This document shows positions 38,894-48,839 of a stretch of DNA of 64,000 nt, piece by piece; the first letter of the stretch is position 1; the number at the start of each line of letters is the position of its first letter. Under the pieces are notes generated by a model. The model had not been told where the DNA came from. It worked only from the letters and a program-made list of their open reading frames with translations, and did no database searches. The position numbers were made by a program, and so were the translations under genes. Source of the stretch: Bacteroidetes bacterium 4572_112 (GTDB taxonomy: Bacteria; Bacteroidota; Bacteroidia; Bacteroidales; UBA1556); the NCBI GenBank assembly GCA_002254285.1, contig NIUZ01000001.1, forward strand, positions 701 to 64,700, in the 5' to 3' direction.

Positions 38894-40906
38894 TTAGTTC
38901 ACTGTCAATTTTTTAGTGATAATGCTGTTATTAATGTTAATTTGAATAACATAAATACCTTGAGCTAATTCAGAGATATTTACTTTTTGGTTTTGAGAAC
39001 CAGCATTAAGAGTTCCAAGATCAGCGTTAATTACTTCTTGGCCTAAGTTATTAAGTACAGAATAAGTAACATTAGCTTTTTCAGCTAATTCAATATCAAG
39101 GTTGAATTGATCAACAGCAGGGTTAGGATAAACGCTAACAGTGTTGTTGTTCTCAGGAGTTGCTATGCTAACATCAGTAGAGTTATAAACTCTAATGTCG
39201 TCAAAGTAAAGGTTGTTACCATAAGCAGAAGTTCCTAGGAATTCAATAATAACATCAGCAGTATTGTTATAAGCGCTTAAGTCGATATCAGCAGAAGCCC
39301 ATTGATCAATAGCTGGGAAGAAGTTACCATCACCTTTTGGAGGAGCAGTAGCTAAATCAGCACCTTGCTTAGTCCAAACTGTAGTGAATGTAGCTCCACA
39401 ATCAGTACTAACACGGATATCTAACTTATCATTTTCAGTTGAATACTGAGCATAAGCATAGTTGAATTTAAGACCATAACCAGTATTGCTACTGAAGTCC
39501 ATTTTATGGAACATCATGCTAACAGTTTTGTTAGGCTGTATTCCATAATAGTTATAAATATAACTAGTTGCAGATGCACCAAAAGCACCAAGCTCTTGAG
39601 TTGTACCTACTTCTGTTTTATTAACAGTAAAAGCACTTCCTGAACCTTCACCGCTCATGATAGCATTGTTAATTTCGCCTTCAAAAGCAGCATAGCTTTC
39701 AAAATCTTCATTGTATACTGTTCCTATAGTTGCAGATGGCATATGATTAAATATACCAGTAGAAGTTGTATTATTTGATGAAGGAATATCTATTTTAGTA
39801 GCAACACCGTCAAAGTTTACATTTAAAACAATTTCGTTATTCGATGCAGTAATATTTTCAGCAGGGAATGTGAATGTAGCTTCAGCACCTGGAGCAAGAG
39901 CAGCAGTAATTGTTTGAACTACATCAGCACCTCCATTAAGAGAATACTTAACATTAAATGTGTCAGCAGTAATAGTTGTTGAGTTGTTCTTAACTTTTAC
40001 AGAAGGAGTAATTGTAGCATCACAAATACCAGGAACAGTAGTCATATTCTCAACACTTAGGTCGCAAATATCAACTCCTGGAGGAGTTACAAATGTCAAA
40101 ACAGCTTCGTTACCAGTAACGATTTCTTGTTGAGTTTCTGTTAAGAAAACTACTATTTCAAGATCAGATAATTCTACAGGAATACTATTGATGTCAGCAG
40201 GTGCAGTATAAGAATATGTTTTAGAATAGAAAGCTGTACCAGTAGTAATAGCTATATCTTCACCCCATTGACCAGTAATTAGGTCGCGCAACATATGCAT
40301 ATGGTTGTAATTACCATTAGGTAACATTTGGTCAGGATTTGTTGAGCCACCAGTTTGTGGTCCTTCAAGGTTATTTTGAAGAAGAGCAACATTTAACTTT
40401 AAGTTAGCTGGAGCAGTAGTAGCATCTGTAATATACATTTCAACTAAAATATCAACAACTCTAGTTTGAAGATTTACACTTGCAGTAGCAGCGATATTTA
40501 CATAAGAAGCTTGTCCTATTGTAGTAGTAGTTGAAGCAGCCCAGTCACCTCTACCTTGAGCAGTTGTAGAACCACTAAATGCGTGACGATTAATTGTTCC
40601 TGAAGGATAGCCAGTAAGACCAGTTTGACCAGCAATAGCATCACCCCAAGGTGTTCTGAAATCAGGCTCACCTGCTTGTGGAGTTGCATAACTTCCTTGG
40701 TGAATATTAATAGCAAAGAAATCGCCAACATTAGCAGCAGCAATCTGATTGCTTACCTTATGTCCATCAGGGCAATATGTGCAGTGAATTCCTGTGAATT
40801 CCTCAAGAACAGCATTCTTATTCTCAGGAGTTGTACTTACAATAGTTTGAGCAAACAGAGTAATGCTTGCAAAAGCCATTGCTAAAATAAAAGTAATTTT
40901 TTTCAT
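38894..40906 (-). CDS. T9SS cargo with an N-terminal Omp28-like/thioredoxin-like CxxC domain, Ig-like middle domains and a type-A T9SS C-terminal domain
   Basis: Signal peptide. EEFTGIHCTYCPDGH parallels EDYTGHLCTNCPSAH of the lipoprotein at 43400. C-terminus VYPNPAVDQFNL...GIYVIQI...KKLTVN. Confidence 0.6.
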   Translation of the reverse strand: MKKITFILAMAFASITLFAQTIVSTTPENKNAVLEEFTGIHCTYCPDGHKVSNQIAAANVGDFFAINIHQGSYATPQAGEPDFRTPWGDAIAGQTGLTGYPSGTINRHAFSGSTTAQGRGDWAASTTTTIGQASYVNIAATASVNLQTRVVDILVEMYITDATTAPANLKLNVALLQNNLEGPQTGGSTNPDQMLPNGNYNHMHMLRDLITGQWGEDIAITTGTAFYSKTYSYTAPADINSIPVELSDLEIVVFLTETQQEIVTGNEAVLTFVTPPGVDICDLSVENMTTVPGICDATITPSVKVKNNSTTITADTFNVKYSLNGGADVVQTITAALAPGAEATFTFPAENITASNNEIVLNVNFDGVATKIDIPSSNNTTSTGIFNHMPSATIGTVYNEDFESYAAFEGEINNAIMSGEGSGSAFTVNKTEVGTTQELGAFGASATSYIYNYYGIQPNKTVSMMFHKMDFSSNTGYGLKFNYAYAQYSTENDKLDIRVSTDCGATFTTVWTKQGADLATAPPKGDGNFFPAIDQWASADIDLSAYNNTADVIIEFLGTSAYGNNLYFDDIRVYNSTDVSIATPENNNTVSVYPNPAVDQFNLDIELAEKANVTYSVLNNLGQEVINADLGTLNAGSQNQKVNISELAQGIYVIQININNSIITKKLTVN

Positions 40907-41147
40907 GTGTGTAATTTTTGAGTTTAATTAATAATGTTTGGTCGGCTAAAATAGTAAAAAAAGTGATAGATGATAAAATATGTTAATAAACTTGTTTTAA
41001 AAATAACAAATAAATTGCATCTAATTAGTGGCATAAAAAATGGGGAATATATTTATATAAAAATATGTCAACATTTTTCTTATTTTCGCAGTTGAATTTT
41101 AGTTCATTATACTATATAGGCATATAAATTACTAAATACACACACAC

Positions 41148-41660
41148 ATGAAAAAATTACAATTAATGGCAATGCTGTTTGTCACAGTTTTGCTTTTGTC
41201 GTTCACAAGCGGTAATAAAGCAAGCCTTCCTAAGGTTGATGTTAAAGGCATTGATGGAAAAATCGTTAATACATCTACATTTTCAAATGATGGTAATCCT
41301 ATGATTATTAGTTTTTGGGCTACTTGGTGCAAGCCTTGTGTTACCGAATTAAATACTATTGCTGAGGTTTACGAAGATTGGCAAGACGAAACAGGAGTTA
41401 AGCTTATTGCTATTTCTGTTGACAATTCTAGAACATCAGGCGGAGTTCTTCCAATGGTGAACGGTAAAGGTTGGGAGTATGAAGTTTTTCTTGATGAAAA
41501 CGGTGATTTTAAAAGAGCAATGGGTGTAAATATTGTACCTCATACTTTCCTTATTAATGGTAAAGGCGAAATTGTATGGCAACATACATCTTTTACTGAA
41601 GGTTCGGAACTAGAGCTTATTGAGCTTGTTCGCAAACTGAAAAGAGGAGAAGAAATATAA
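41148..41660 (+). CDS. TlpA-like periplasmic thiol:disulfide oxidoreductase (redoxin/AhpC-TSA fold)
   Basis: Signal peptide. FWATWCKPC active site. V.LIAISVD and VP.TFLI..G.IV motifs. Confidence 0.85.
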   Translation: MKKLQLMAMLFVTVLLLSFTSGNKASLPKVDVKGIDGKIVNTSTFSNDGNPMIISFWATWCKPCVTELNTIAEVYEDWQDETGVKLIAISVDNSRTSGGVLPMVNGKGWEYEVFLDENGDFKRAMGVNIVPHTFLINGKGEIVWQHTSFTEGSELELIELVRKLKRGEEI

Positions 41661-41730
41661 ATCCATAAAGGAGTTTTAATTCAAAATTAAAGCTCTTTAT
41701 TTTTATTAAGAATTTATTAAATTTAGAAGA

Positions 41731-43380
41731 ATGAAAAGAAATTTACTTTTTTTTGTTTTTATAATATTTGCTTTTGGAAACATTTCTTACGCACAAGTAT
41801 TAGGTGGTGGCGAAGTACATGGAAGCTTCCAAACGGATGCACAATATTATAATAAAGACTCGGTAATTGGAGCTGACGAAATTCCTGAAAAAATGGCTAT
41901 GAATGCATTTTTTGAAATGCGTTATACCAACAAAAAATTTGAAGCAGGAATGCGTTACGAACTATTTATGCCTCAGATGCAGGGTTATGATCCTCGATGG
42001 AAAGGTAATGGTTTTGGAAATAGATACCTAAGATATAATGGTGATAAAGTGGATGTTACAGTTGGTAACTTTTATGAGCAATTTGGGTCAGGAATGGTTC
42101 TTCGCTCTTATCAAGAATGGAATTTAGGCTTCGATAATGCCTTTGATGGTATTAGAGTAAAGTATAAAATGAAAGCATTAACCATAACAGGTCTTGTTGC
42201 TAAGCAAAGGTTTTATTGGGACCTTGGACCAGGTTTGGTACGTGGTATCGATGCTCAATTATCGGTAAATGATATGTTTTCGAAACTAGCCGATACTAAA
42301 ACTCGTGTGTTTGTTGGTGGTAGTTTTGTGAGTCGTTATCAAGTGGATGCAGATCCTTTATTCTGCCTTCCTGAGAATGTTGGCGCTTATGCAGGACGCT
42401 TTCAAGTTTACCATGGTGGTTTTAACTTTAAGTTTGAAGCTGGTGGCAAAATCAATGATCCTAATGCTACAAATAATATGATTTATAAGAATGGTAATGC
42501 TGTAATTGCCGAAATAGGATATTCTACAAAAGGACTAGGATTTACATTGCAAGCAGAGCGTTCTGATAATATGGACTATCGCTCAAATAGAGCATCTACT
42601 GGTTTTGATTTGCCTGTGGGATACATTCCTGCAATGAGTCGTCAGCATGCTTATAGCCTTGCTGCTATGTATCCATATGCATCACAAGCAAACGGACAAA
42701 TGGGGTTGCAAGCAACCTTATTTTATAAGCTTAAAAAGAAAACTTGGTATGGTGGTAAATACGGTACTAGTGTGGATTTAAACTACTCTGTTTCGCATGC
42801 CATTGACAAGCAATCGCCTAGTGATACAACTGCTATCGGTGTTGCTGGTACTTATGGTTATACTTCTGATTTCTTTAAAATAGGTGACGAAAAGTATTAT
42901 CACGATTTTAATATTAAACTTACTCGTAAGATAAATAGAAAATGGAAAGTAAGCCTTATGTATATGAATGTATTTTATAATATGCTTATTAACGAAGGTC
43001 ATAATGCTCCTAGTGTAAAAGCTAATATTTATATTGCTGATATATGGTGGAAATTTAAACCATATAATTCACTTCATTTAGAAGCTCAGCTGTTAACCAC
43101 AGAGCAAGATGATGGTAATTGGTCATCAGGAATGCTGGAGTATAATCGTAAAGGCTTTTTTGTGGCAGGAATATTACTTTATAATCATGGTATTAGCAAT
43201 AGTCATGGAACAACTGAGGCCGCTTTATACCCTTCATTAACCACTGGTTATACTCATGGTGCTACTCGTATTTCAATGAGCTATGGTAAGCAGCGCGAGG
43301 GAATTCTTTGTGTTGGTGGAGTTTGTAGAGCAGTGCCAGCTTCCAATGGTTTAAGCCTTACTATTAATAGTAGTTTTTAA
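41731..43380 (+). CDS. Outer-membrane beta-barrel protein (my recollection: DUF6029-like family)
   Basis: Signal peptide (ISYAQV). Alternating beta-strand pattern. The terminal ...LSLTINSSF has a C-terminal Phe, the OMP beta-signal. Confidence 0.6.
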   Translation: MKRNLLFFVFIIFAFGNISYAQVLGGGEVHGSFQTDAQYYNKDSVIGADEIPEKMAMNAFFEMRYTNKKFEAGMRYELFMPQMQGYDPRWKGNGFGNRYLRYNGDKVDVTVGNFYEQFGSGMVLRSYQEWNLGFDNAFDGIRVKYKMKALTITGLVAKQRFYWDLGPGLVRGIDAQLSVNDMFSKLADTKTRVFVGGSFVSRYQVDADPLFCLPENVGAYAGRFQVYHGGFNFKFEAGGKINDPNATNNMIYKNGNAVIAEIGYSTKGLGFTLQAERSDNMDYRSNRASTGFDLPVGYIPAMSRQHAYSLAAMYPYASQANGQMGLQATLFYKLKKKTWYGGKYGTSVDLNYSVSHAIDKQSPSDTTAIGVAGTYGYTSDFFKIGDEKYYHDFNIKLTRKINRKWKVSLMYMNVFYNMLINEGHNAPSVKANIYIADIWWKFKPYNSLHLEAQLLTTEQDDGNWSSGMLEYNRKGFFVAGILLYNHGISNSHGTTEAALYPSLTTGYTHGATRISMSYGKQREGILCVGGVCRAVPASNGLSLTINSSF

Positions 43381-43399
43381 TGTTTAAGAATTAATTTTT

Positions 43400-44260
43400 A
43401 TGAAAAAGATATTATTATTTTTTGCTTTATTGTCAGCAGCTTTGGTTATTACCACTTCTTGCGATAAAGTGGATCCATCATGTAATGTTAATACAGGTGG
43501 TGGTTCTAAATCAGATACTATTCGCAAATTATTATTTGAAGATTATACAGGGCACTTATGTACTAATTGCCCTTCAGCACATGCTATATTAGATGATTTG
43601 CATAAAATATATGGTGACAGAATGGTAACTGTTGCTATACATACGGGCTTCTTCTCTATGCAAGCAGCTCCTCCTTACGATGCAGATTATAAATCTGTTG
43701 ATGGGGAAGATTTAGCATTGTTTTTTGGTGGAAATACGGCGCCGCTTCCTAAAGGGGTGGTAAATAGAGCTAAAGTAAATGGCTCATACCTTATTGAGCG
43801 TGCTGAGTTTTCTACGGAGGTTTCTAAAGTGCTTACGGACGAAAAGCCAGACTTATATTTAGAGGTGAAACCAACTTATACTGGTGGTAATACTTTTGAT
43901 GTAGAGGTGAAAATTACAGCTATGAAAGATATGCCTGCAGGTAAATATAATCTATCGGTATTGATTACTGAGAGTGATATTGTTTCGGCACAAAAGAATG
44001 TTGACCCTAATATTAATAATGGACAAGAAATGCTTGACTATCACCATAATCATGTATTGCGTGCCACGGTTAATACTACTTGGGGTGAAGAGTTTGCTGC
44101 TTCAATAAGCAATGGTCAAACGTTTACAAAAACGTATACAAATGTGCCTATAAATGCAGGGTGGGATACTGACAATATTAGTATTGTTGCCTTTGCATAC
44201 TATGCTGATGGCGCAAAAGAGAAAGAAGTTATTCAAGCACAAGTTGAAGAGCTTAAGTAG
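43400..44260 (+). CDS. Omp28-related outer-membrane lipoprotein with a CxxC motif
   Basis: Lipobox ITTSC. LFEDYTGHLCTNCP thioredoxin-like motif. Starts 19 nt after the barrel gene. The family name is from memory of Omp28-related proteins. Confidence 0.6.
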   Translation: MKKILLFFALLSAALVITTSCDKVDPSCNVNTGGGSKSDTIRKLLFEDYTGHLCTNCPSAHAILDDLHKIYGDRMVTVAIHTGFFSMQAAPPYDADYKSVDGEDLALFFGGNTAPLPKGVVNRAKVNGSYLIERAEFSTEVSKVLTDEKPDLYLEVKPTYTGGNTFDVEVKITAMKDMPAGKYNLSVLITESDIVSAQKNVDPNINNGQEMLDYHHNHVLRATVNTTWGEEFAASISNGQTFTKTYTNVPINAGWDTDNISIVAFAYYADGAKEKEVIQAQVEELK

Positions 44261-44314
44261 AATAAATGGTAAACCGTAATCAGTGGTAATAAATGTTACT
44301 ACTTTATTACTGAA

Positions 44315-44349
44315 TACCGATTACCGATTACCGATTACCGATTACGATT
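44315..44349. repeat. Heptanucleotide tandem repeat (TACCGAT x4 plus one degenerate copy)
   Basis: Read directly: taccgat taccgat taccgat taccgat tacgatt, 55 nt after the Omp28-like stop. Confidence 0.9.
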
Positions 44350-44479
44350 TAACTAAGGTAGCTAATAATTATAGACTATACTAAACTTAATAATACTAAG
44401 GATTACAATAAAGCCACATTTGTGAAAGCAGATGTGGCTTTATTTATTGTATATTTGTTTCTCTAGAAAATAACGCATA

Positions 44480-45319
44480 ATGAATAAAATAGAAACAATA
44501 GGAAGCAAATATGAATTGTCGGTAGGTAATAACAAAATCATTATTGATTCTTTGGGTGCAAAAGTTTTAGCATTTTATCAAGATGATGAAAATAGACTTT
44601 ATTATGACGCTAAAGATATTTCGCATAGTGGTATTCCATTATGCTTTCCTAGTTTTGGTCCATTAAAAAATAATGAACTAAGAGTTGATAGTGGCAATTA
44701 TGTAATGAAACAGCATGGTTTTGCTCGCGATATGGAGTTCTCTTTATTTGAAAAAACGGATAATTCTATTATGTTTGAGCTTATCTCAAATGAGGAAACA
44801 ATGCTTAAGTTTCCCTTTGAATTTAGCTTTAAAGTAAAATATACAATAAGTGATAATGAACTATTGATAGCATTTGTGTGGCAAAATAAATCGGATACAA
44901 AATCACCTCTTTCGCCAGGAGTGCATCCTTACTTTAGGGTTTACGATAGGGAAGGAATTATATTGCAAACAAACTCGCTGAGCTATAATCTTAGTGATGA
45001 TTTCTCGGAAGTAAAGACTGTTATTGGAAGTGATTTTTTGGATGCAGCAACGCAAACTAGCTTTATTATAAAAGGTGCGCCAGATATTAATTTGATTAAT
45101 CATAATTCGGAAAATACAAATGTATCGCTAGGCGATAATAAATCGGTGGCTTTGAAATATAGTTCTATGGACTTTGATAGGCTTACTGTATGGCGTAAAA
45201 ACGCCCAAGAAGATTATATATGTGTGGAGCCTGCCAATGCTCAAAATAAAATTAATGATAATCCGTTAATGGTTGATGCTGGTGGCGTTTGGGAATCTAA
45301 AGTAATAATTAAGTTTTAG
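44480..45319 (+). CDS. Aldose 1-epimerase family protein (hexose-6-phosphate mutarotase-like)
   Basis: SGIPLCFPSFGP, KQHGFARD and HPYF motifs of the galactose-mutarotase-like fold. Confidence 0.7.
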   Translation: MNKIETIGSKYELSVGNNKIIIDSLGAKVLAFYQDDENRLYYDAKDISHSGIPLCFPSFGPLKNNELRVDSGNYVMKQHGFARDMEFSLFEKTDNSIMFELISNEETMLKFPFEFSFKVKYTISDNELLIAFVWQNKSDTKSPLSPGVHPYFRVYDREGIILQTNSLSYNLSDDFSEVKTVIGSDFLDAATQTSFIIKGAPDINLINHNSENTNVSLGDNKSVALKYSSMDFDRLTVWRKNAQEDYICVEPANAQNKINDNPLMVDAGGVWESKVIIKF

Positions 45320-45325
45320 GAAAAT

Positions 45326-47533
45326 ATGAGGATTCTACTTTTATTAGTTTTTAATTTATGCATATTTAGTGATATTTATTCACAAGATAGTTTAGTGAAC
45401 TATCAGAAGCGTGAGTTTAGTGGCACAAGACCAAAGATTGGCCTTGTACTTAGTGGTGGAGGGGCCAAAGGTACAGCTCATGTTGGTGTGCTTAAGGTTT
45501 TGGATAGCCTAGGGATTCATCCTGATTATATTACTGGAACAAGTATGGGAAGCATAGTTGGCGGACTATATTCCATTGGTTATACTACCGATATGCTTGA
45601 GGATATGGTAAATAGTACCGAGTGGTCGAAATATCTTAGCAATAATAGCCAGTTTAAAACCATCAATATGATTGAGAAGGAGAGCTATAAAAACTATTTC
45701 GAATTTCCTGTTTATGACTGGAAACCTAATTTGCCACAAGGAGCAATAAAAGGGCAAGAGATTGAGCTGCTTTTCAATAAACTAACTATTTCGGTAGCAA
45801 AGGATACTTCTTTCGACGATTTTCATATTCCTTTTCGTGCTGTAGCGGTAGATATACTTACTGGCAAACCTTATGTATTTAAGAATGGAAGCCTTGCTTT
45901 GGCCATGCGCTCGAGTATGTCTATTCCAAGTGTTATGGACCCAATTAAGTATAAAGGAATGTTGCTTGTTGATGGTGGATTGGTGGAGAATTTCCCTGTG
46001 CAAGAATGTATTGATATGGGTGCTGATATAATAATTGGTGTATATAGTCGCAAATTGGTTGATTTGTATATAGAACCCTACCTTTCTGATAGAAATGCTG
46101 CAAATTTTGATGAGGTAATTCCTAATATGGATAGGGGATATGAGGCTGCAATGGGTAAAATAGATAATCTAGTAAAGCTTAAAGCCTATATTGATAAATT
46201 CCCTCAAGCTACCATAGATACTGTAATTTTTAAGGACTCGGTTTATGTCTCTGACCATAGTATTATATTTGATAATAATGATAGCACTTTAGAGCATATT
46301 ATTGTAAATAATTATGGTCATAAGGATGGTGAGTATACTCATTCGGATCAAATAATAGAGAGTATACATTATTTATACGGTACTCGTTTGTTCAATAAAT
46401 TGACCTATGGCTATTCTCCAGACCTACAAGATACAGGAGTTATACTTGATTATAATGTTGTAAATACAAATAATAAGACTTTCTTATTATCATTAAATTA
46501 TAAGACAGAAACCAAGGTAGGTGTTAATGTGGGGTTTAGATTAAGAAATTTTCTAATTCCAGGTTCGCGATTTGAGGCTAAATTTCGCTTATCAGAGAAC
46601 CCAGGAGTTAAAGTTCAAGCTTTTTCCTATCTACGAAAGAATGTAAAGCATGGTTTTGATGCTACTTATTACTATCGCACTGCGAAGATTCCTTTTTATA
46701 ATGAAAAGGAGTTAATAGGAGAATATTCAAGTCACTTTCATAGGTGGAGTACTGGTTATCATTATTTTGCTAAAACATACTCCGATTTATATTTAGGTAT
46801 GGGTCACGAAAGAATGTATTATACTAGGATTATTGATTTGAGCTCTTTTTCTTATCCTAAGATTGTAGACCTAAGTACTTATTTCAATTTGTATTTTCAG
46901 AAAAATACCCTTGACGAAAAGTATTTTGCTAATAAAGGTACCGACTGGAAGGTAGAAACAAGAGTGTATTTACGTAATAATTCAAGATACTATATACCAA
47001 AGGATACTCTCGATAAATACCCTGATATGGATGAATATGAGGCTGATACTACTTTTGGAAATATTAAAATTTCTTTTGAATATCAAAATTTTATTCCAAT
47101 TAATAAGAAGCTAGTTTTAATAAATGAGTTTAATGCTTTTGTGGGTACAGGTTATTTGTATTCTACATGGATTGGTGGTGTTAATCCTGAGGAGGAATAC
47201 CAGATTCCATTTTGGGGACTTGCCGAAAATTCTATTATGGCAAGCAATGGTGCATTTTATAGAATAGGTCTACGCTACGAATTTATTAAGAAATTCTATA
47301 TTTCAGGTAAAGTTAATCTTGGTTTTATTGCCGAAGATGTTTTTGATATATTAGAATCTCCTGATGATATATATGGGGAATATAGTAGCATTTATAATCT
47401 TGAGAACTATATTTTTGGGGGTGGTATTAGGCTATCATACAGTAGTTTGCTAGGGCCTATTTCTGTATCAGTTACCAAGAGTAGTATGTCCTCGGCAGTT
47501 TGGTGGCACTTTATGTTGGGATATAGTTTTTAG
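45326..47533 (+). CDS. Patatin-like phospholipase fused to a C-terminal outer-membrane beta-barrel (PlpD / type Vd-like architecture)
   Basis: Signal peptide. GLVLSGGGAKG oxyanion motif, GTSMG (GxSxG) and VDGGLVENFP (catalytic DGG). The roughly 480-aa C-terminal region ends ...MLGYSF. Confidence 0.8.
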   Translation: MRILLLLVFNLCIFSDIYSQDSLVNYQKREFSGTRPKIGLVLSGGGAKGTAHVGVLKVLDSLGIHPDYITGTSMGSIVGGLYSIGYTTDMLEDMVNSTEWSKYLSNNSQFKTINMIEKESYKNYFEFPVYDWKPNLPQGAIKGQEIELLFNKLTISVAKDTSFDDFHIPFRAVAVDILTGKPYVFKNGSLALAMRSSMSIPSVMDPIKYKGMLLVDGGLVENFPVQECIDMGADIIIGVYSRKLVDLYIEPYLSDRNAANFDEVIPNMDRGYEAAMGKIDNLVKLKAYIDKFPQATIDTVIFKDSVYVSDHSIIFDNNDSTLEHIIVNNYGHKDGEYTHSDQIIESIHYLYGTRLFNKLTYGYSPDLQDTGVILDYNVVNTNNKTFLLSLNYKTETKVGVNVGFRLRNFLIPGSRFEAKFRLSENPGVKVQAFSYLRKNVKHGFDATYYYRTAKIPFYNEKELIGEYSSHFHRWSTGYHYFAKTYSDLYLGMGHERMYYTRIIDLSSFSYPKIVDLSTYFNLYFQKNTLDEKYFANKGTDWKVETRVYLRNNSRYYIPKDTLDKYPDMDEYEADTTFGNIKISFEYQNFIPINKKLVLINEFNAFVGTGYLYSTWIGGVNPEEEYQIPFWGLAENSIMASNGAFYRIGLRYEFIKKFYISGKVNLGFIAEDVFDILESPDDIYGEYSSIYNLENYIFGGGIRLSYSSLLGPISVSVTKSSMSSAVWWHFMLGYSF

Positions 47534-47542
47534 GACATAAAA

Positions 47543-47570
47543 AAAAGTGCAAACTTACATTTGCACTTTT
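47543..47570. terminator. Bidirectional terminator between convergent genes
   Basis: An 11-bp stem, aaaagtgcaaa / tttgcactttt (loop cttaca), with A/T runs on both sides. Confidence 0.75.
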
Positions 47571-47592
47571 CAATATCTATAGGGAGTTTATA

Positions 47593-48792
47593 TTATAAAC
47601 CCAATTTCTTTTTAATAGACTTTGGAAGAGCATCTTTATGAATTACTATATCCATAGTTTTGTACTCAACAAATGCTTTTGAAGCGTAGAAATAACCATC
47701 ATATTTTTGGTCAGTTCCCCATGAGTTTTTAATCTTATAGTAAACATTACCATTTTGATCTTTAGCAATACCTATAATGTGCATTCCGTGATCGTCAGTA
47801 GTTTGGTAATTGTCAAAAGCCATTTGTCTAACTTCTTGAGTAATTTCTTTCTCTTGAACTGGACCTTCAGCAGATAATAAGCCTTTTTTAATATCCTTAG
47901 CACTTTTATCTTCCCACTTAGATTGTTCTAAATCAGATAAATTCTTTACATCAGTCTCAGGAACTACTGCATAACCTTTGCTCCATTTAAAACCTTTTTC
48001 GCTAACATCAGCAGCCCAAGCTATAGTCATATCATTTGCAATAGCATTATCTATTACTTCCATAAGCTCATTCAATGGTAGGTTATAGCTTAAATCTAAA
48101 GCCCAATTATCAGGTACTTCAACAGCAAATTCTTCGTAAAATGGGTGGTGAGAATATGAGGTAAGGAAAACGTAATCGTCAAAGTTAAACTTCATAAAAT
48201 CATCAGCAAAACTACGAGGTGTATATTTAGCTCCTTTATATTCAAAATCTTCAGGAATAGGGCCTAAGTATGTGCTAATAGTTGCTTCAATTGCTTTAGG
48301 CCATACAGGAGTGAGTGTTCTGTTTTTGTCTTTTATTACAGACTGTACCATTGCCATAAGCATAGCATCCATTTCGCCATGTACATGGTTGTCTGTGCCA
48401 TAGTTGAGTCCACTATATGCTTCTTCGGTAATCATACCGTATTTTTTCATCACATGAAAAACATCACCAAATCCAGCACCTGCACCATAGTTTAGGTTAC
48501 CGTGCATGCGTACATATTGTATTGATTTGTCGTAATAAGTATGGTGTACTGCAAACATTTCTGATAAGTCCACATCACCTTGTCCAGTACGCATAAGTTC
48601 AGCCTCAATAAAGCTAATTGCACTAAAGCTCCAGCAAGTACCTGAGCGATATTGGCTTTTTACAGATGTATGAGGGATCACTTTTGTATCAGTAAATACA
48701 TATCCTTCTTGTTTTTCTTCCTTAGCCTTTTCTTGAGCAAAAGCTCCAAGGCTAATTAGCATTATCAATACTGTTGAGATTAATTTATTCAT
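47593..48792 (-). CDS. C1-family cysteine aminopeptidase (PepC/bleomycin-hydrolase-like) with a signal peptide
   Basis: SQYRSGTCWSFSA catalytic Cys region, HGMHIIG catalytic His region, and NSWG. Confidence 0.85.
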   Translation of the reverse strand: MNKLISTVLIMLISLGAFAQEKAKEEKQEGYVFTDTKVIPHTSVKSQYRSGTCWSFSAISFIEAELMRTGQGDVDLSEMFAVHHTYYDKSIQYVRMHGNLNYGAGAGFGDVFHVMKKYGMITEEAYSGLNYGTDNHVHGEMDAMLMAMVQSVIKDKNRTLTPVWPKAIEATISTYLGPIPEDFEYKGAKYTPRSFADDFMKFNFDDYVFLTSYSHHPFYEEFAVEVPDNWALDLSYNLPLNELMEVIDNAIANDMTIAWAADVSEKGFKWSKGYAVVPETDVKNLSDLEQSKWEDKSAKDIKKGLLSAEGPVQEKEITQEVRQMAFDNYQTTDDHGMHIIGIAKDQNGNVYYKIKNSWGTDQKYDGYFYASKAFVEYKTMDIVIHKDALPKSIKKKLGL

Positions 48793-48839
48793 AATTATTT
48801 TGTTATTATTCGTGTGTTTATAATAGTTTACAAATATAC

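Noticed and set aside
41137-41147. (AC)5 dinucleotide run immediately before the TlpA-like start codon
   Set aside because: It is very short and probably part of the ribosome-loading region. There is no evidence for phase variation from a single sequence.
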